Shown here: one piece after another, positions 52,190-61,360 of the stretch | Layout: each line of letters opens with the position of its first letter | How positions within the stretch are numbered: position 1 is the first letter of the stretch | Assembly (NCBI GenBank): GCA_937885015.1 | Contig: CALAAS010000003.1 | Coordinates: 295-64,294 of the forward strand | Reading direction: 5' to 3' | DNA from: an uncultured Clostridium sp. | GTDB lineage: Bacteria > Bacillota > Clostridia > Lachnospirales > Lachnospiraceae | DNA: 64,000 nucleotides | Notes under the pieces: model-generated | The model's database searches: none | Seen by the model: only the letters and a program-made list of their open reading frames with translations | What the model was told of the DNA's origin: nothing | Program-made: the position numbers and the translations under genes

Positions 52190-54190
52190 TTACGCTGCCA
52201 GAGCGCTTTTCGCCCGTTTTTTCTGTAATATATAAATGATCAGGAAAAGACCAATTCCAATGATATCCGTCACGGTTCCGGCATCCACCAGCAAAAGTCC
52301 GCTGGCCACCAGCACAAACCGCTCCCAAATTTTACAATGTGTACACAGATATCCGGTAAATCCTGTTGCAAGGCCCATCATACCGATCAATGCCGTGATA
52401 ATCGCCTTAATTACCACAAGTACAAAGATTCCAAGTGCCATTCCGTCTGGCCTTACCAGAACAAGAACCGGATTCATAACAAACATGTATGGCACCAGAT
52501 AGGCCGCAATTCCAAGCCTGGTAGCATTGAAACCTGTTTTCATTGGGTCTGACCCTGCAATTCCGGATCCGGCAAAAGCAGCCAGGGCAACTGGAGGTGT
52601 GATATCCGCCACAATACCGAAATAAAATACAAACAGATGTGCCGCAATTTTCGGAACACCAAGCGCAATCAAAGCAGGAGCTGAAATCGTTGCCTGAATA
52701 ATGTAATTGGCCGTTGTCGGAACGCCCATACCCAGTACGATCGAGCAGAGCATGGTAAAAATCATAGTCAGATAGAGACTTCCCCCTGCAAGAGCTACAA
52801 TTCCGTTGGCCATCTTAAGGCCTAATCCTGTCATGGTCACAACGCCGACAATAATACCGGCACACCCACAGGTAACAGCCACTGCAATGGCACTTCTGGC
52901 ACTGTTTTCCAGGCCTTCAATAAACATTTTTAAGAACTGAACCACATCAAACCGATGCGTTTCACGCACAATCTCAATGATCCATACAACCAGACAAGCC
53001 GCAATACCCCAGATCGCTGCGGTCATGGCTGACCGCCCCTGGACCAGAAGAACCACAATAACAACGATTGGAAGAACCATGTACCAGCCGCGCTTCAGCA
53101 ATTCTTTTACCACCGGTCTCTGCTCCTTGGGAATTCCGAGCAGTCCGTTTTTTAATGCTTCGAAATGAACGTTTGTAAAAATACCAGTAAAATACAGCAG
53201 CGCGGGAATACAGGCTGCCAGTGCAATCGTCCCATAGGGCAGACCGGTATACTCTGTCATGATAAATGCAGCAGCTCCCATAATCGGCGGCATGATCTGT
53301 CCGCCTGTGGAAGCAGTTGCCTCTACAGCACCCGCAAATTCAGGCTTATATCCCGTTTTTTTCATAAGCGGGATCGTAATGGAACCGGTGGAAACCGTAT
53401 TGGCAACAGAGCTTCCGCTCACCGTCCCCTGAAGAGCGCTGGCGATCACTGCGGCCTTTGCCGGTCCGCCTACGGAACCGCCGCAGGCTCCCATGGCCAG
53501 TCCCGTCATCCAGTCTCCAACACCGCTGGCCTTCAAAAATGTTGCAAAGACCAAAAACAGGAATATGAATGTCGATGAAACATATATCGGCGATCCCAGA
53601 ATACCCTCAGTTCCAAGGAATTCTGTACATACAATCCTCTTCAGGGAAAATTTTGCATGGAACAGGAACAGATCCTTCGGAAAATAATGCCCGAACAGCG
53701 CATATAAAAGAAATACAACGCCTATTCCCACCACTACCATACCGGCTACACGCCGCGCCGCTTCCAGAAGAAGCAGGATTGCCATAATGCTGACTGCCTG
53801 GTCCAGGACTGTGTAAAGGCCTGCCCGAAGAAGCAGCTCATCATAAAAAATCACATGATAGGCACCACAGAAAATACATGCAATTGCCAAAACATAATCA
53901 TACCATGGTATGGATTTACCGCCCTTTCCTCTGGCAGGATATAAAAGATAAACCAGACACATGGCGGCAGCCAGATGCGGCGCTCTCTGGAGTGTAGACG
54001 GGAATGCCCCAAACAGACCCGTATAAATCTGAACGCCGGACCACAATACACAAATCAGGAAAACCAGCTTCGCAGGCCAGCCGTCCAGACGCCGATATGC
54101 AGATTCCTTATCGTATTTCGCCATTAAATCATCTGCATTGATCTCTGGAGAAGCTGCCGCTGCCTGCTCCCTCTTGTCTTCTTTTCCCAT
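52190..54190 (-). CDS. TRAP transporter fused (4TM/12TM) permease, TAXI-type
   Basis: 666-aa polytopic protein of DctQM-fusion type, immediately downstream of a TAXI solute receptor gene. Confidence 0.85.
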   Translation of the reverse strand: MGKEDKREQAAAASPEINADDLMAKYDKESAYRRLDGWPAKLVFLICVLWSGVQIYTGLFGAFPSTLQRAPHLAAAMCLVYLLYPARGKGGKSIPWYDYVLAIACIFCGAYHVIFYDELLLRAGLYTVLDQAVSIMAILLLLEAARRVAGMVVVGIGVVFLLYALFGHYFPKDLFLFHAKFSLKRIVCTEFLGTEGILGSPIYVSSTFIFLFLVFATFLKASGVGDWMTGLAMGACGGSVGGPAKAAVIASALQGTVSGSSVANTVSTGSITIPLMKKTGYKPEFAGAVEATASTGGQIMPPIMGAAAFIMTEYTGLPYGTIALAACIPALLYFTGIFTNVHFEALKNGLLGIPKEQRPVVKELLKRGWYMVLPIVVIVVLLVQGRSAMTAAIWGIAACLVVWIIEIVRETHRFDVVQFLKMFIEGLENSARSAIAVAVTCGCAGIIVGVVTMTGLGLKMANGIVALAGGSLYLTMIFTMLCSIVLGMGVPTTANYIIQATISAPALIALGVPKIAAHLFVFYFGIVADITPPVALAAFAGSGIAGSDPMKTGFNATRLGIAAYLVPYMFVMNPVLVLVRPDGMALGIFVLVVIKAIITALIGMMGLATGFTGYLCTHCKIWERFVLVASGLLLVDAGTVTDIIGIGLFLIIYILQKKRAKSALAA

Positions 54191-54214
54191 AGAAAATGTC
54201 CCCTTTTCCTGTTA

Positions 54215-55252
54215 TCAGCCGTTATCCGGAACTTCCATTCCAAGTTCTTTGTAATATTTCGCAGCGCCTGGATGGATTGGTGTGGTAATACCTTCCAGAC
54301 AGGTTTCTACATTGATTTCTTTACCGGTTTCATGCGCTGCAGCAATCTCTTCTCCACTGGTATAGAATGCCTTGGTAATCTGGTATACGGTCTCTTCATC
54401 CAGATCCGCTGAACAGTAAAGAGCTGCCTTACAGGTTACTGTCTCACAGTCTTTCTCCTGTTTCGGATACGTTCCTGCCGGAATAACCTTTCTGGTAAAA
54501 TAAGACGGAAGCTGCTCCAGAATCTCATCGCTGATATTGATGTATTTCAGATCCATGGAGGTGGTCATCTCAACAATGGCCGAAGCGGGCACTGCCAGTG
54601 TGTTGCACGCCGCATCAATATGGCCGTCCTGCATCTTGGTCGCCGCATCGCCAAAGCTGTCGCTCTGCCGCTCAATATCCTTGTTGATATCTACGCCAGC
54701 GGCTTCAAAAATCTGCTCTGTCAATACTACCGTTCCAGAGCCTGCCGGCCCAACGGCAATTTTCAGACCCTTCAGATCTTCTACCGTTTCCGCATCCGTG
54801 CTGGCCGCATTGGCAACAATCTGATATACTTCGTTGTACACAACGCCAATGGCCTTCACATTCGTCAGAGGGACTGAAAATGCTCCTGTTCCCTCCTGAG
54901 CAGCAGCCGCCACGTTATTCATGGCAATTCCCAGATCCATTTCTCCGGCCTGAATCAGATTCAGGTTCTCCACCGAAGCACCTGTAGACTGGGCAGTAAT
55001 GTTGATTTTCTGGTCTGACAGTTTATTGTTGATGGCATTTGCCATGGCGCCGCCCAGTGCAAAATAGGTTCCGCCCGTGGATCCCGTTCCCATTACCAGA
55101 TCCTGTGCCGCTCCTGCCGATGCCCCATCGTCCGCTGCAGCCTCAGCCTTGCTTCCCTCTTCCCCGGAAGCCGGTTTTGATCCGGAACCGCAGCCAGCCA
55201 TCAGGCCCATCGCCAAAATTGCTGCCAGTGACAGAGAAATCATTTTTTTCAT
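54215..55252 (-). CDS. TAXI-family TRAP transporter solute-binding lipoprotein
   Basis: Lipobox LMAGCGSG and TAXI signature MGTGSTGGTYFALGGAMAN. RBS AAAGGAGGGAATTGT before the ATG. Confidence 0.8.
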   Translation of the reverse strand: MKKMISLSLAAILAMGLMAGCGSGSKPASGEEGSKAEAAADDGASAGAAQDLVMGTGSTGGTYFALGGAMANAINNKLSDQKINITAQSTGASVENLNLIQAGEMDLGIAMNNVAAAAQEGTGAFSVPLTNVKAIGVVYNEVYQIVANAASTDAETVEDLKGLKIAVGPAGSGTVVLTEQIFEAAGVDINKDIERQSDSFGDAATKMQDGHIDAACNTLAVPASAIVEMTTSMDLKYINISDEILEQLPSYFTRKVIPAGTYPKQEKDCETVTCKAALYCSADLDEETVYQITKAFYTSGEEIAAAHETGKEINVETCLEGITTPIHPGAAKYYKELGMEVPDNG

Positions 55253-55427
55253 ACAATTCCCTCCTTTGAAGTAGTTTGGGTTAATAGTGTATAAATTGTT
55301 TCTATTTCCTCTTTATTTTTGTATATTTTAACATTAAATCCCCCTGTTTTTAAACAGATATTATTAGATACAAATATCTTATAACAATATCATTATACTT
55401 TGCAGACCATTTTCATAGGGCACATTT

Positions 55428-55517
55428 TTCTGCAACAAAATTCCTCTCCGCCGCATGGCGATCCTCGCGGAGCGTTTTTCATTGCATAGGAAGTAATTTC
55501 CTATGCAATGAAAAACG
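55428..55517 (+). repeat. Copy C of the structured intergenic repeat family (best-preserved copy)
   Basis: TTCTGCAACAAAATTCCTCTCCGCCGCATGGCGATCCTCGCGGAG followed by a perfect 20-bp stem (55473-55492 pairs with 55498-55517, loop GTAAT). Confidence 0.8.
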
Positions 55518-55550
55518 GGGTGCCGCGGTGCAAGCACCAGCGACACCCCG
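55511..55550 (-). terminator. Intrinsic terminator of the M29-like gene
   Basis: Minus strand: CGGGGTG ... CACCCCG (55544-55550 pairs with 55516-55522) with an inner GGTGC/GCACC helix, followed by TTTTT (55511-55515). That U-tract is also the outer edge of repeat copy C. Confidence 0.6.
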
Positions 55551-55589
55551 ACAAAAGGGCATCATTATACAGAATTGTCAGGTTCAACG

Positions 55590-55643
55590 AAAATCATTTT
55601 TCACCGCAAAATCATTCATCACCGCAAAATCATTCATCACCGA
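55590..55643. repeat. 18-bp tandem triplication spanning the stop codon of the M29-like gene
   Basis: The units are 55590-55607, 55608-55625 and 55626-55643 (AAAATCATT(C/T)(A/T)TCACCG(C/A)). The third unit encodes the last residues GDE plus the stop. Confidence 0.8.
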
Positions 55644-56646
55644 GGCAAACCATCTTACCGTCTTTTACGATTACAACCTCATTCTCTGTTCCTTCATCAA
55701 ATACAACGGTGGGATTGTACTGTACCATATCAATATGCACAGTAGAACGCGCCGGCTGGCCATAATAGAAACCGTTACCCATGGCAATATGGCAGGTTCC
55801 TCTCGCTTTCTTCTCTTCCTCAAAATCGCCGTTGAACATACATGCCGGGTTCAAACCAATGCCGATCTCCGCAATGTTGTCACTGTCTTTTACTTCTGCG
55901 ATCTGACGGCGGATTTCCTTACAGATTTTAGCATCGCCCCCCACTACCTCTGCGATGCGTCCATTTTCAATTCGAAGCTCGATTGGAGTGGTCGGACAGC
56001 CATAATAGCAGATCGGCCCATCAATCACCAGCTTGCCGTGTGTTGTATCCACAACCGGTCCCAGAGAAACCTCGCCGTCAGACCATGCCATGGCATCGCC
56101 CGGATTCCTTGCGATACCGCACTCAATGATCGGTTCCATCTGGTTCATCTCCATATAGAGATCCGTTCCAGCCGGCGTGGTAATATGAGCCATCTTATGA
56201 CCTCTCCAGATTGCCTGCAGCTTCTCGCCGTCTGCGTAAACCGCTTCATAATCTGCCAGAGCGCCACCGCGGGTAAAGTTATCAATGTTGCGCAGACAGA
56301 TGGAAACCTCACGCAGTTTCTTCTGATTGATCAGTTCTTTTAAGTGGTTATTGTAAATTGCCGCACCGGATGCCGTCGTCATACCGACAAATACATCACA
56401 GGCATCCATTCCCAGTTCCAATGATTTCGGGAAAATCGTTGCCTTATCTTTTCCGCGCAGCGGCATCATATATACACCGTATTCAGCGCCGCACTTTAAA
56501 GCCGCCGCCGCCATGGCATTGGCCATACGCATATCTGTTTCCGGGTCAATAACGATCAGAACTTCCTCTCCCGGCTTCACGGCCATCAGGTTGCCAAGGA
56601 TATAATCTGCACGCTCCATACATTCAATGATTCTATTGTCTTCCAT
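55630..56646 (-). CDS. M29/AmpS-like (COG2309-type) metalloenzyme, aminopeptidase-like
   Basis: 338 aa. The layout and C-terminal metal-site-like motifs (IAEIGIGLNP, GTCHIAMGN, TVHIDMV) resemble aminopeptidase T and NicX-type enzymes. The specific activity cannot be assigned. Confidence 0.55.
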   Translation of the reverse strand: MEDNRIIECMERADYILGNLMAVKPGEEVLIVIDPETDMRMANAMAAAALKCGAEYGVYMMPLRGKDKATIFPKSLELGMDACDVFVGMTTASGAAIYNNHLKELINQKKLREVSICLRNIDNFTRGGALADYEAVYADGEKLQAIWRGHKMAHITTPAGTDLYMEMNQMEPIIECGIARNPGDAMAWSDGEVSLGPVVDTTHGKLVIDGPICYYGCPTTPIELRIENGRIAEVVGGDAKICKEIRRQIAEVKDSDNIAEIGIGLNPACMFNGDFEEEKKARGTCHIAMGNGFYYGQPARSTVHIDMVQYNPTVVFDEGTENEVVIVKDGKMVCLGDE

Positions 56647-56795
56647 TTTTAAATCCTCCCTGCCAATTCACTTTATTGATTTGAGTTCTTTTTTTCGTCC
56701 TCATGAGGTTGCTTATATACTATCTCTTTTTTTTCTGCTTATATAGTTATATAACACGATTTCAATAGCTTATAATTTTTTTATTATATCTTCTC

Positions 56796-57722
56796 TTACC
56801 ACCCTGCGGGCAACATGCCCATTGCACTGAAAATCGCATAAAAAATCGTACTTCCATACAGGATGATAATCAATGCTTCCATCGGTTTACTTGCCATCCA
56901 GCCGCAAGTCCAAACTGGCTCAATATCTCCTGTTTTCCTGGCGTTATTTACCATAAAAACGGGAAGAATTGCCATAATCGCCGCACAGAATGTTCCAGAA
57001 AAATAAATCGCATCAACAAATCCAACAAATCCGCCCATTACTAAAACCAAAGGAATTGCATATACAATAATCATAATGGGAAGTCGGTGACGGATGTCTG
57101 AATCCGATTCAAACTTAAAAAAGTCCACGATGCTGGAAATAAGAGTCTGTGAAATCGGACAAAACGATGTAAACATTGCAATTAGCGCAAATATATTCGC
57201 CGTAAATAACGCCCAGCTTCCTAGAGCACGTCCCCACGCAATCGTTGCAACCTCTGTGATCTCATCTGCCGGGTTAATCGCAAAACATCCAAGCGGAACC
57301 AAAATCAAAAGAGCTGCCGTGATAATCTGTCCAACCAGCATGGAAGGGGCCAGTTTTTTGGGATCATGGCACAGGCCGCGGGCCAGATCCGGAACCAGGT
57401 ACTGCCCTATATAACTAAATGCGGCAATATTAAATACAGGAAGTGCATAACTCCAATTAGAAATAAATAACCGACTTAAATCTGCGTCTTTACTAATCAG
57501 AGAGGCGCCGCAAAGGATAATCAGCATAATCGTCATGGCAATCGAAAGATATTCTCCTGCCATGCCAACCGCCTTTAACCCGAACCATACAACCAGGATA
57601 CCAGGAATTAAAAACATCAGAGTTCCTGCCCAACTTGGGACACCCAAAAGCGTATTGATTATATTTCCGCTTCCGCTGAAATACGCAATAAAAAAGCTGT
57701 TACACAGAATCGAAAAATCCAT
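56796..57722 (-). CDS. HAAAP-family (Mtr/TnaB/TyrP-like) amino-acid permease, apparently N-terminally truncated
   Basis: 308 aa. It aligns by eye to E. coli Mtr from about residue 85 onward (FFIAYFSGSGNII versus YAYISASGSIL; KPMEALIIILYG versus KPMIALILVFG). The first two TM helices with the GAGM motif are missing. Only 94 nt separate it from the cmk stop. Confidence 0.55.
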   Translation of the reverse strand: MDFSILCNSFFIAYFSGSGNIINTLLGVPSWAGTLMFLIPGILVVWFGLKAVGMAGEYLSIAMTIMLIILCGASLISKDADLSRLFISNWSYALPVFNIAAFSYIGQYLVPDLARGLCHDPKKLAPSMLVGQIITAALLILVPLGCFAINPADEITEVATIAWGRALGSWALFTANIFALIAMFTSFCPISQTLISSIVDFFKFESDSDIRHRLPIMIIVYAIPLVLVMGGFVGFVDAIYFSGTFCAAIMAILPVFMVNNARKTGDIEPVWTCGWMASKPMEALIIILYGSTIFYAIFSAMGMLPAGW

Positions 57723-57816
57723 GTAACAGCTTGCTTCTCTGATTATTCTTTTTTCATCAAAATCCCATATAAACTGACTAACTGCGCAAAATAACTATGC
57801 TCTGCCCCAATGCCTC

Positions 57817-58503
57817 TCAGCACCCGCAGCATCCTTTGCTCCCTGCATCCTCCACCATGCTTTCCAGCTCATCGAGAACCTCCTGAAGAGTCATTTTGGA
57901 GGTATCCAATAGCACGGCGTCATCCGCCTGCCTAAGCGGCGACAATTCCCGGTGCATATCCCGGTAATCCCGGTCTATAATTTCCTTTTCGATCTCCTCC
58001 AGCGTGCAGGGAACCTGTTTCTCCTGGAGTTCCCGGTATCGTCGCTTTGCACGCACGCGGCTGTCGGCAGTCAGGTACACTTTCAGAGCCGCATCCGGAA
58101 GAACCGCTGTTCCAATATCGCGGCCATCCATTACCACATCCCGGCGGGCCGCCAGTCTTCGCTGCAGCTCCACCAGCTTCTTCCGGACTGCTCCGTACAA
58201 AGATGTGGCAGAAGCCATTTTTCCCACCTCTTCTGTACGAATAAGTCCCGATACATTCTCTCCATTCAGCAGAATCTGCTGTGCTCCGTTCTGATACTCC
58301 AGAGAAATTTCCACACTGTCGCAGGCTGCCTCAATGGCAGCCTGATCGCTGCTTTCAATTCCCTCCCGCAGGAAGTAGAGGGCCATAGCCCGGTACATGG
58401 CTCCCGTATCCACGTAGATATAGCCAAAATTCTCCGCCAGCTTTCTGGCAACCGTACTTTTCCCGGCTCCCGCAGGCCCGTCTATTGCAATATTGATCGG
58501 CAT
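57817..58503 (-). CDS. cmk: Cytidylate kinase
   Basis: P-loop IAIDGPAGAGKST, YVDTGAMYR and VMDGRDIGT motifs. Confidence 0.93.
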   Translation of the reverse strand: MPINIAIDGPAGAGKSTVARKLAENFGYIYVDTGAMYRAMALYFLREGIESSDQAAIEAACDSVEISLEYQNGAQQILLNGENVSGLIRTEEVGKMASATSLYGAVRKKLVELQRRLAARRDVVMDGRDIGTAVLPDAALKVYLTADSRVRAKRRYRELQEKQVPCTLEEIEKEIIDRDYRDMHRELSPLRQADDAVLLDTSKMTLQEVLDELESMVEDAGSKGCCGC

Positions 58504-58551
58504 AATTTATTTTCCCCTTTTCTTCTATGTAATAATGGACTCTGCAGCCGT

Positions 58552-59829
58552 TTAGACTGCCTCCCAGGCTGCGCTTCGCCCGGCCAGAACGCCGGTTGAC
58601 CAGGCAATCTGCAGATTAAAACCACCGGTTACTGCGTCCAGATCCAGCACCTCACCGGCAAAATAAAGACCTTTTACCTTTTTTGACTCCATGGTAGATG
58701 GATTTACTTCTTTTACATGTACGCCGCCCTGGGTAATAATCGCCTCATTGAATCCCCGAAGGCCGGTCAGCGTCAGAGTAAACCGCTTCGTCAGCTCCAC
58801 CAGTTTTCTCCGCTCTTTTTTGGTGATCTCGTTGACCTGCTTTTCCGGAGAAATACCGCTCCTTTCCACCATGACAGGAATCAGCTTCGCCGGAAACAGA
58901 TGTCCCAGCGCATTTTTAAACTGTCGATTTTTTGCCCCGTCGAAATCCCGGAGGATCCGGTCATCCAGCTGTTCATCGGAAAGAGCCGGTTTTAAATCAA
59001 TGGTCAAGGTCAGTGACCTCTTCTTCAAACGCTTTGCCGCATAGCTGCTGGCACTTAAAAGCACCGGCCCTGACACGCCAAAATGGGTAAACAGCATCTC
59101 TCCAAATTCCCGGTAAACTTCTTTCTCTCCATCCCACACCGTCGCCTCCACATTTTTCAGCGCCAGTCCCTGAAGTTCCTTTCCCACTGGTTCCGCTGTC
59201 TCGAAGGGAACCAGCGCCGGCAATGTCTCATTCACCGTATGGCCGGCCTCGCGGGCGAATCGGTATCCGTCTCCCGTGGATCCAGTAGTTGGATAGGAAA
59301 GTCCTCCCGTAGCTACAATCACACAATCCGCCGCAATTTCTTTTCTCCCATTTTCCAGAATTACACCTTTTAAAACTCCATCCTCCATCCAGAGCTCCCG
59401 AACCCCGTCCCGCAGGCAAACTTCTACCCCCAGTTCCCGCATCTTTTTCGACAGGGCAGCCGTTACATCAGACGCATGATCGGAAACCGGAAACACCCGT
59501 CCTCCCCGCTCCGTCTTCAGAGGGCAGCCGCAGGATTCCAGAAACTCCATCATGTCTGTATTGGTAAACCCATAAAACGCACTGTAAAGAAATCTGGAAT
59601 TGGTTACCACACTCTCAAAAAGACGATCCATATCGCAGTGATTCGTCACATTGCAGCGGCCTTTTCCCGTAATATATATTTTCTTTCCCAGCTTTTCATT
59701 TTTCTCATACAGCGTTACCTGACTGCCGCTCTGAGCGGCGGCAATGGAGGCAGCCATTCCGGCAGCGCCGCCCCCAACAATTATTATTTTCTTCATACAG
59801 CACCTGTTTCTTTCGATATTCATTCCCAA
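58552..59829 (-). CDS. HI0933/BaiN-like NAD(P)/FAD-dependent oxidoreductase
   Basis: The likely start is at 59796 (MKKIIIVGGGAAGMAASIAA dinucleotide fold). C-terminal GLYFAGEVLDLDAVTGGFNLQ, typical of the family. Confidence 0.8.
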   Translation of the reverse strand: MGMNIERNRCCMKKIIIVGGGAAGMAASIAAAQSGSQVTLYEKNEKLGKKIYITGKGRCNVTNHCDMDRLFESVVTNSRFLYSAFYGFTNTDMMEFLESCGCPLKTERGGRVFPVSDHASDVTAALSKKMRELGVEVCLRDGVRELWMEDGVLKGVILENGRKEIAADCVIVATGGLSYPTTGSTGDGYRFAREAGHTVNETLPALVPFETAEPVGKELQGLALKNVEATVWDGEKEVYREFGEMLFTHFGVSGPVLLSASSYAAKRLKKRSLTLTIDLKPALSDEQLDDRILRDFDGAKNRQFKNALGHLFPAKLIPVMVERSGISPEKQVNEITKKERRKLVELTKRFTLTLTGLRGFNEAIITQGGVHVKEVNPSTMESKKVKGLYFAGEVLDLDAVTGGFNLQIAWSTGVLAGRSAAWEAV

Positions 59830-59840
59830 ACAGGATACCT

Positions 59841-61355
59841 CTATTCCCGCTCTTTTTCAACCTCTTTTATCTTTTTCTCCAACGCATACACCACACTTTC
59901 CAGAACCTTTACTCTGGCATAGTATTTCGAGTTCCCCTCCACAATAATCCATGGGGCATAGGTGGTAGAGGTCCGGACCAGCATCTCATTTACTGCCATC
60001 TCATAAGCGTCCCATTTTTCCCGGTTGCGCCAATCCTCCTCCGTAATTTTCCACCGTTTGGCCGGGTCCTCCATGCGCTCCTGAAAACGCCTCTCCTGCT
60101 CATCCTTATCAATATGGAGCCAGAATTTCAGCACCACAGCACCAAAATTCGCCATATGGGCCTCCATCTCATTCATTTCCTGATAGGCTCTTCGCCAATC
60201 CTCCTCCCGACAGAAACCCTCAATCCGTTCTACCATTACCCGACCGTACCAGGTACGGTCAAATATGGCAATATGGCCTGCCTTTGGCATCTGATTCCAG
60301 AAACGCCACAGATAATGGTGCATCTTCTCCACATCGCTTGGAGCCGCTGTCGGAACCACTTTGTATCCCCGCGGATCCAGATGGCTTGTCAAACGGCGAA
60401 TCGCCCCGCCTTTTCCTGCAGCATCCCAGCCTTCAAATCCAATCACCACAGGAATTCGCAGCCGATAAATTTCACTGTGAAGAAATTCCAGCCGCTTCTG
60501 CAGAGCATCCAACCGTTCCTTATACTCCTCGCGTGCCAGGCTTTTGGACAGATCAACGCCAGATAAAACGCCGTTTTTAAAGCGATCCTCCGGAAAAACG
60601 GTTTTCTCTGTGCTCCTGTCCCCTTTCTCTGAAAGTTCACGGCAGCTCAGCTCATACTGAAGCCGGTCCGCCACCGTTGCCAGAATTTTCATGGAAGCAT
60701 ACCGCCGGTCCGTCGCTTCAATAATGGTCCAAGGCGCATACCCCGTATCGGTCCTCTGCAGCATTTCCTCATTCATCCGCAGAAATTTGTCATACTCTTT
60801 ATTGCGTTTCCAATCCTGACGGCTTACCCGCCAGGCGGTCTCCGGGTTTTCCTCCAGGCGCCGGAATCGTTTCTTCTGCTCTTCCTTTGAAATATACAGA
60901 AACAGCTTGATGATTACTGCCCCCGAATCCGAGAGCTGTTTTTCGAAAGAAAGGATATCATTCAAAGCACCTGTCAGCTCCCGCCGTTTCGTGCGTCCGT
61001 CGAACCGGTCCACCGTAACCTTATCGTACCAGCTCTTATCAAACAGCATCATCCGCCCTTCTGCCGGTGTCTTTGTCCAGTAACGCCAGAGGAACGGCCG
61101 CATCCGTTCTTCCTCCCCGGTCTCCCGACTGGCATACACATCAAAGCCCCTCGGATCCAGAGGCTGAATCAGCCGGTTCATCTGCACACCCCGCCCTGCA
61201 GCCCCCAGGCCTTCAAATACGATCAGCACAGGGATTTTTTTCGCCTGACAGGCTCTCTGAAGCTCTCCCAGCTGTACATCCAGCCGGCTGCTGACCTCCT
61301 GGTACGTCTTTTTATCCACCGTTTTTTCCAGATCCACTTTTTCCAGCATACGCAT
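59841..61355 (-). CDS. Two-domain PPK2-family polyphosphate:nucleotide phosphotransferase (PAP-like)
   Basis: 504 aa with two PPK2 modules. The N-terminal module has a degenerate Walker A (FEGLGAAGRGV). The C-terminal module has a canonical one (FEGWDAAGKGG). Confidence 0.85.
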   Translation of the reverse strand: MRMLEKVDLEKTVDKKTYQEVSSRLDVQLGELQRACQAKKIPVLIVFEGLGAAGRGVQMNRLIQPLDPRGFDVYASRETGEEERMRPFLWRYWTKTPAEGRMMLFDKSWYDKVTVDRFDGRTKRRELTGALNDILSFEKQLSDSGAVIIKLFLYISKEEQKKRFRRLEENPETAWRVSRQDWKRNKEYDKFLRMNEEMLQRTDTGYAPWTIIEATDRRYASMKILATVADRLQYELSCRELSEKGDRSTEKTVFPEDRFKNGVLSGVDLSKSLAREEYKERLDALQKRLEFLHSEIYRLRIPVVIGFEGWDAAGKGGAIRRLTSHLDPRGYKVVPTAAPSDVEKMHHYLWRFWNQMPKAGHIAIFDRTWYGRVMVERIEGFCREEDWRRAYQEMNEMEAHMANFGAVVLKFWLHIDKDEQERRFQERMEDPAKRWKITEEDWRNREKWDAYEMAVNEMLVRTSTTYAPWIIVEGNSKYYARVKVLESVVYALEKKIKEVEKERE

Positions 61356-61360
61356 CCTCC

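Noticed and set aside
55528-56343. 271-aa plus-strand ORF antisense to the M29-like gene.
   Set aside because: Shadow ORF. It begins inside the intergenic repeat/terminator region and has no RBS.
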